The notes below the pieces were generated by a model. The model saw nothing but the letters and a program-made list of their open reading frames with translations, searched no databases and was not told where the DNA came from. A stretch of 64,000 nt of DNA from Eledone cirrhosa. Its lineage: Eukaryota. Every line of letters starts with the position of its first letter. Position 1 is the first letter of the stretch. A program made the position numbers and the translations under genes. Of the stretch, positions 57,964 through 64,000 are shown in pieces. Where the stretch lies: NCBI GenBank assembly GCA_964016885.1, contig OZ024750.1, forward strand, positions 30,008,001 to 30,072,000, read 5' to 3'.

Positions 57964-59682
57964 TGGAAATCGAGAACAGAACACAACCTTTCGTGCCCAG
58001 GAAACCGAAGATCAATATGAAAGATCATAAGAGAAATTTCGAGAATGACTTGCCAGTCAGATTGATTGCACCATCAAAATCGGACCTGGGTAAACTAAGC
58101 AAAAACATTCTTGACAGGGTGATACAGCAAATTAAAAACTTGAGTTGTTTACCTAACCTGAGCTTGTGGAACGGAACTGGTGAGGTTGTTGAGTGGTTTA
58201 AGCAAATTAAATATAACAATAATAATAAGTTTATTCAACTTGATATTGCTAACTATTATTCTTCCATTACCCCTAATCTACTAAATAAGGCACTAAATTA
58301 CGCATTCAAACATACAGACCTAACTAGCAATGAAATGCACATTATATGATCGGCTAGGAAAACATTGATAGAATTTAATGACCAACTATGGACCCGAGCA
58401 GATAGAGATAACAATTTTGACATTACTTTGGGATCATCCGACTCAGCTCAGGTAACTGACCTTGTGGGCTTATTTTTAATCAATTCGCTGCATAGGAAAA
58501 TACCTGGTACTACCGGAGGTTTATATAGAGATGACATGCTTTTACTTATTGATAATATTAACTCTGAACTAAATAGAAAAAGAAAACAAATTACACAATT
58601 TTTTAATCACTTTAATCTAAAAATAGAAATTGAGAATAACCATAGAATAGTCAACTTCCTAGCTATAACATTAAATCTCAACACATGTCTTCACTATCCA
58701 TTTCACAAGTTGAATGAAAACTTAAACTATGTCAGCTTTAACTCTAACCACCCCAAATCTGTTAAAAATACTATAGTAAACTCTGTTCAATCACGTATCT
58801 CTAGAATCTCATCTAATAAAAAGATTTTCGACGAAAAAGCCCATTATTACAATGAAGCGTTAGCTAGAGCAGGATATAGTGATAAAATTATGTACATAGA
58901 TAATGATAAACAAATTAAACAAAATAACAACTATTTTAATTATGGCCACAACCTTAACAACTATAATAGAAAGCATTACAATAATTCCAAAAGCCATAAA
59001 AGAAATAGAACTAGGAATATAATATGGTTTGCCCCCCCTTTCTCACTAAACATTAAAACCCACATTGCTAAACTATTTTTTAAAGCTCTCGATAATCGCT
59101 TCCCTAGAACACATAGGTATCACTCAATTTTCAATAGACATACTATAAAACTAACCTACTCATCCACCAAAAATTTAGCGCAAAATATTAATAGAATAAA
59201 TAACAGGAACTTAAAACCTAGCGATAATACCATAAATAATATCCAAGTTAACAAATGTAACTGTAGATAGATCTAAATGTCCGTTAAATAACAACTGCTT
59301 AGTTAAAAATATAATATACAACTGTAATGTTAAAACGGACATTAATTCTTTTAACTACGTTGGTTCTACATCGACGGAATTTAAACTTCGCTATAACAAC
59401 CACAAGAATTCTTTCACAGATCCATCCAAAAAATCTTCAACAGCACTATCAGGCGTACTCTGGCAACTTAGGCATGATAACGTTAGATATTCGACGACTT
59501 GGAATATAGTTTCAAGGGGGATTCCTTTTAATTCATCCTCTGAGACATGTGACCTCTGTGCGGAGGAGATATTCTTTATACTAAAATCTAAAAATTCCCT
59601 TAATCTACGGACAAATTTATTCAGTTGCTGCAGACATAGATTGAACTCAACGTTTAAATATAAATTTAAATTTAAAATGTAG
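57964..59682 (+). pseudogene. PLE RT plus GIY-YIG; in-frame TGA at 58347-58349 and frameshift near 59268
   Basis: MKDHKRNF..VRLIAPSKSDLGK, FIQLDIANYYSSI, FDITLGSSDSAQVTDLVG, GGLYRDDML, SNHP, WFAPPF, CNCR/RSKCPL..CLVKNIIYNC, YVGSTSTEFKLRYNNH, CDLCAEE, CCRH. Confidence 0.92.
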
Positions 59683-60586
59683 TTATGTTTGTTTTGATTT
59701 GATTTGTAATTATTTATGAAACTAGCCGATAAATCTTTCGATTTCTTCTTTTTATTAAAACATTCTTCATGAATAATTAAACTACCCTAAAAGCTGATGC
59801 TCCAAATATATCGAATTAAATTTTAAACTAGATAAACTTCTATATTATATATAAGAACATATGTAGACCAAATGGGTATCCTAAACTTTTGGAATGATTT
59901 CTGCTAGACAGGATTTGGTAAACAATTTTTGTTTTATCTGTTTCGACTCTGATGCTTATGATGATCTTGGCAATATATTGTCAATTAACTTTGAAAGGCT
60001 GATCTCTGTGTTTTATTTGTATTATTTTTTAATATTTTTTAATATTTTGTAATATTTTTTATTTTTAATATTAAATGTTTTAGTTTTCTGTTTATTTATT
60101 TATTTTCTTGTCTCTGATATTTTTATTTTTATTTTTATATTGAAATCTGTTCTCTATTTCTGCTTGATCGACAATCATGTAGAATAAAGACAAGAATAGT
60201 ATTGTTAAAATTAATATAGACTCTATTTATATGTGTATATATACACACATATATGTATACTTGAATTTTTATAGCACAATGAGAATGTTTTCGTGTGAAT
60301 TGGGAGTTTGTTTATAATTATGATATAAACATATGAATTTTTAAAAACTAGACATAAGATCATTACTTCTCACACATTATAGATACATGTCTCATTCATG
60401 AATACTGGTACTTACATTATAATGCCTGTTTTATACGAACTAATATTTTCTACGGATAAAACATAGCGGTTTTAAATTCTGCATCGTTTATGTCTGGTTG
60501 TGTTTCATTTTCTCTTTTTTTCTCTCTATATAACGGCTATTTTCTCTCTTAACTACATACATCTCTCTTTACATTAATACTAGAGC

Positions 60587-60617
<31 letters not shown>

Positions 60618-60922
60618 ATGTATCAACCGATACTCAACTTCCTAATTTCTCTATCTATCTCTATCTATCTCTTTCTTTTTTCCTCTCTCTATATATATTT
60701 CTCTCTGTTTCTTTACATGAAGTTCTTCTCTTTATCTATCTTTCTATATCCCTCTATTTAGTCACATACATTTCTTCTTTTTCTTCGTTTCTCTTTCTTT
60801 CTCTCTTTATCTCTTTCTTTTTACAACTGTCCACAATATTTTTTACTGCCAAATCAACCTCACAAATGCAAGGTGATTGAAAGGTATGTCGTATCTATTT
60901 ATTTATAAGACTGTTTATATTG

Positions 60923-60988
60923 TATTTTGTCTGAAGATGGCATAACATATTGTTAATATGATATCCCTGAAATATATATAACGAAATA
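60923..60988 (+). ncRNA. Type I hammerhead ribozyme fold with palindromic minimal stem III
   Basis: TATTTTGT-CTGAAGA(60931)-14-bp imperfect stem II-GAAA(60969)-TATATA-TA-ACGAAATA; predicted AUA cleavage after 60980. Confidence 0.75.
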
Positions 60989-61324
60989 AATATGGTTTTA
61001 TAAATATAGTTTCCATTTATTTAATATCATAAATATACTCCAAATACTTGTTCAGTGCTTTTATATCAGTTATAAATATTTACTCGTTGTTAACCCAACA
61101 ATTTAAATATAACTTTCCATATATGTATATATATGTATTTAAATATATATATATATATATGTATATATATGTATATAAATATATATATATATATATGTAT
61201 ATAAATATATATATATATATATATATGTATATAAATATATATATATATATATGTATATAAATATATATATATATATATGTATATAAATATATATATATAT
61301 ATATATATGCATATATAGGTATAC

Positions 61325-62380
61325 AAATATCTACTAACGAGCATATTTTCAACGACTATTCCACGTATTACAATGACGCTCTTGCTCGGAGTGGTTTTGT
61401 CGATAAGGTAGCATATACGAAAATAGACCCAGAATAAATAGATCCCGTCGTATTTGTTGGTATAACCCACCATATAATATGGAGGTGGCCACACCATTAG
61501 CTAATATCTTTCTTCCCCTTATTACGAAGCATTTTCCCCCTACACATAAACATAATAAAATTTTTAATAGAAATACTATTAAAATTTCTTACTCTACGAC
61601 TCCTAACCTTGCACATAACATCACAGCTTCAAATTTAGCTAAACTACCTAGCCGTAGGAACACGTGCAACCCTGTAGTTAGTACTAACTGTAATTGTAGG
61701 AATCGGGTTGATTGCCCCCTATCCGGGAAATGCCTCTCTAGTAACATTGTCTACAAATGTAAGGTTGAAACACCCACGTCCCGTAGGCCTACATAGGGTT
61801 AACCGCCAATAGATTCAAGCAGCGTCTTTACATGCATACCCATTCTTTTCGTTACCCTCTAAGAATGAATATGACGTCACTTTCAGCTTATATCTGGAGT
61901 TTGAAAGACAACCACACCCAATAAAAGTTACACTGGGAGATCCTAGCTAGGGCTAGATCGTATAACGGAAATAAAAGACCATGTTACCTCTGCGCCGCTG
62001 AAGCCCTGGAAATACTCTATGCCACAGACCACATCTTAAACAAAAAATCTGAGGCAATTTCGGCTTGTAAACATAAATTGCACAAAATTTTCCTGTACTA
62101 CAGGTTAGTACGATCTATACGTGGATATTTTACATCTTGATGTGGTAGCTATGTATATGTTTTGTTTATACCATTACTTATTTGCGTAGGTACGTATATT
62201 ACCTGTATGTTTTGTGAAGGGAACGTTTCCACGAACCAAAGTATCGTCTTCCTCCGGTTGCAACGTTTTTTGAAATATCCACTTCTGCGTTTACAGATTG
62301 ACTTTGTTAGTTTCAGAAGATCCCGTTAAGGGTGAAAGCAGCGATTCTTTGCTTAAACTTTAATCTGATATTTTAATAAA
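61325..62380 (+). mobile_element. Penelope-like element D: 5'-truncated, decayed thumb plus GIY-YIG region and 3' UTR
   Basis: [91 protein letters not shown], with stops and frameshifts. Confidence 0.88.
62309..62359 (+). ncRNA. Hammerhead-like fold with non-canonical core (CAGAAGA); second copy at 42359-42409
   Basis: AGTTT-CAGAAGA-TCCC(gttaa)GGGT-GAAA-GCA..TGC-TT-AAACT. Confidence 0.45.

Positions 62381-64000
<1,620 letters not shown>

Larger units (their letters stand above)
57069..61118 (+). mobile_element. Penelope-like retroelement B (Naiad-like), 5'-truncated, with ~890-bp inverted repeats
   Basis: 57069-57963 is the reverse complement of 60137-61031; unpaired tail ~61032-61118; (TA)n flanks. 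Confidence 0.92.

Noticed and set aside
58347-58349. In-frame TGA as selenocysteine (Sec recoding is reported in some Naiad PLEs)
   Set aside because: It aligns to Leu in element A (IILEARKT vs II*SARKT), not to a conserved Cys. The copy also has a frameshift and I could not identify a SECIS. A family consensus plus SECIS search would settle it.
57069-61031. DNA transposon with long TIRs
   Set aside because: The interior encodes RT plus GIY-YIG rather than a transposase, the arm is fused to a truncated ORF, and the 3' side has an asymmetric tail.

Overview
AT-rich, repeat-dense animal genomic DNA. It is inferred to be octopus/cephalopod from the SINE repertoire and huge TA/CA microsatellites; this is not verified. 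Positions 1.6-32.3 kb hold the last ten coding exons of a + strand MAGUK p55-subfamily gene (PDZ-SH3-HOOK-GuK, MPP2/MPP6/PALS2-like), reconstructed by hand with consistent GT-AG phases. Its introns contain tRNA-derived SINEs, RTE and CR1 LINE 3' ends, piggyBac- and hAT-type MITEs, a Helitron-like element and several minisatellites seeded from SINE sequence. Positions 42-64 kb are a (TA)n field containing Penelope-like retroelements (RT plus C-terminal GIY-YIG, Naiad-like) from at least four families. The main observation is a recurring fold-back architecture: inverted copy of the 3' region, body, 3' region, short unpaired tail, microsatellite. Each arm carries an outward-facing type I hammerhead ribozyme fold, with compensatory base changes between copies. 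One element is a 3.5-kb non-coding palindrome, and miniature versions lie within the MAGUK gene region. The very long ORFs in the track are repeat artefacts.
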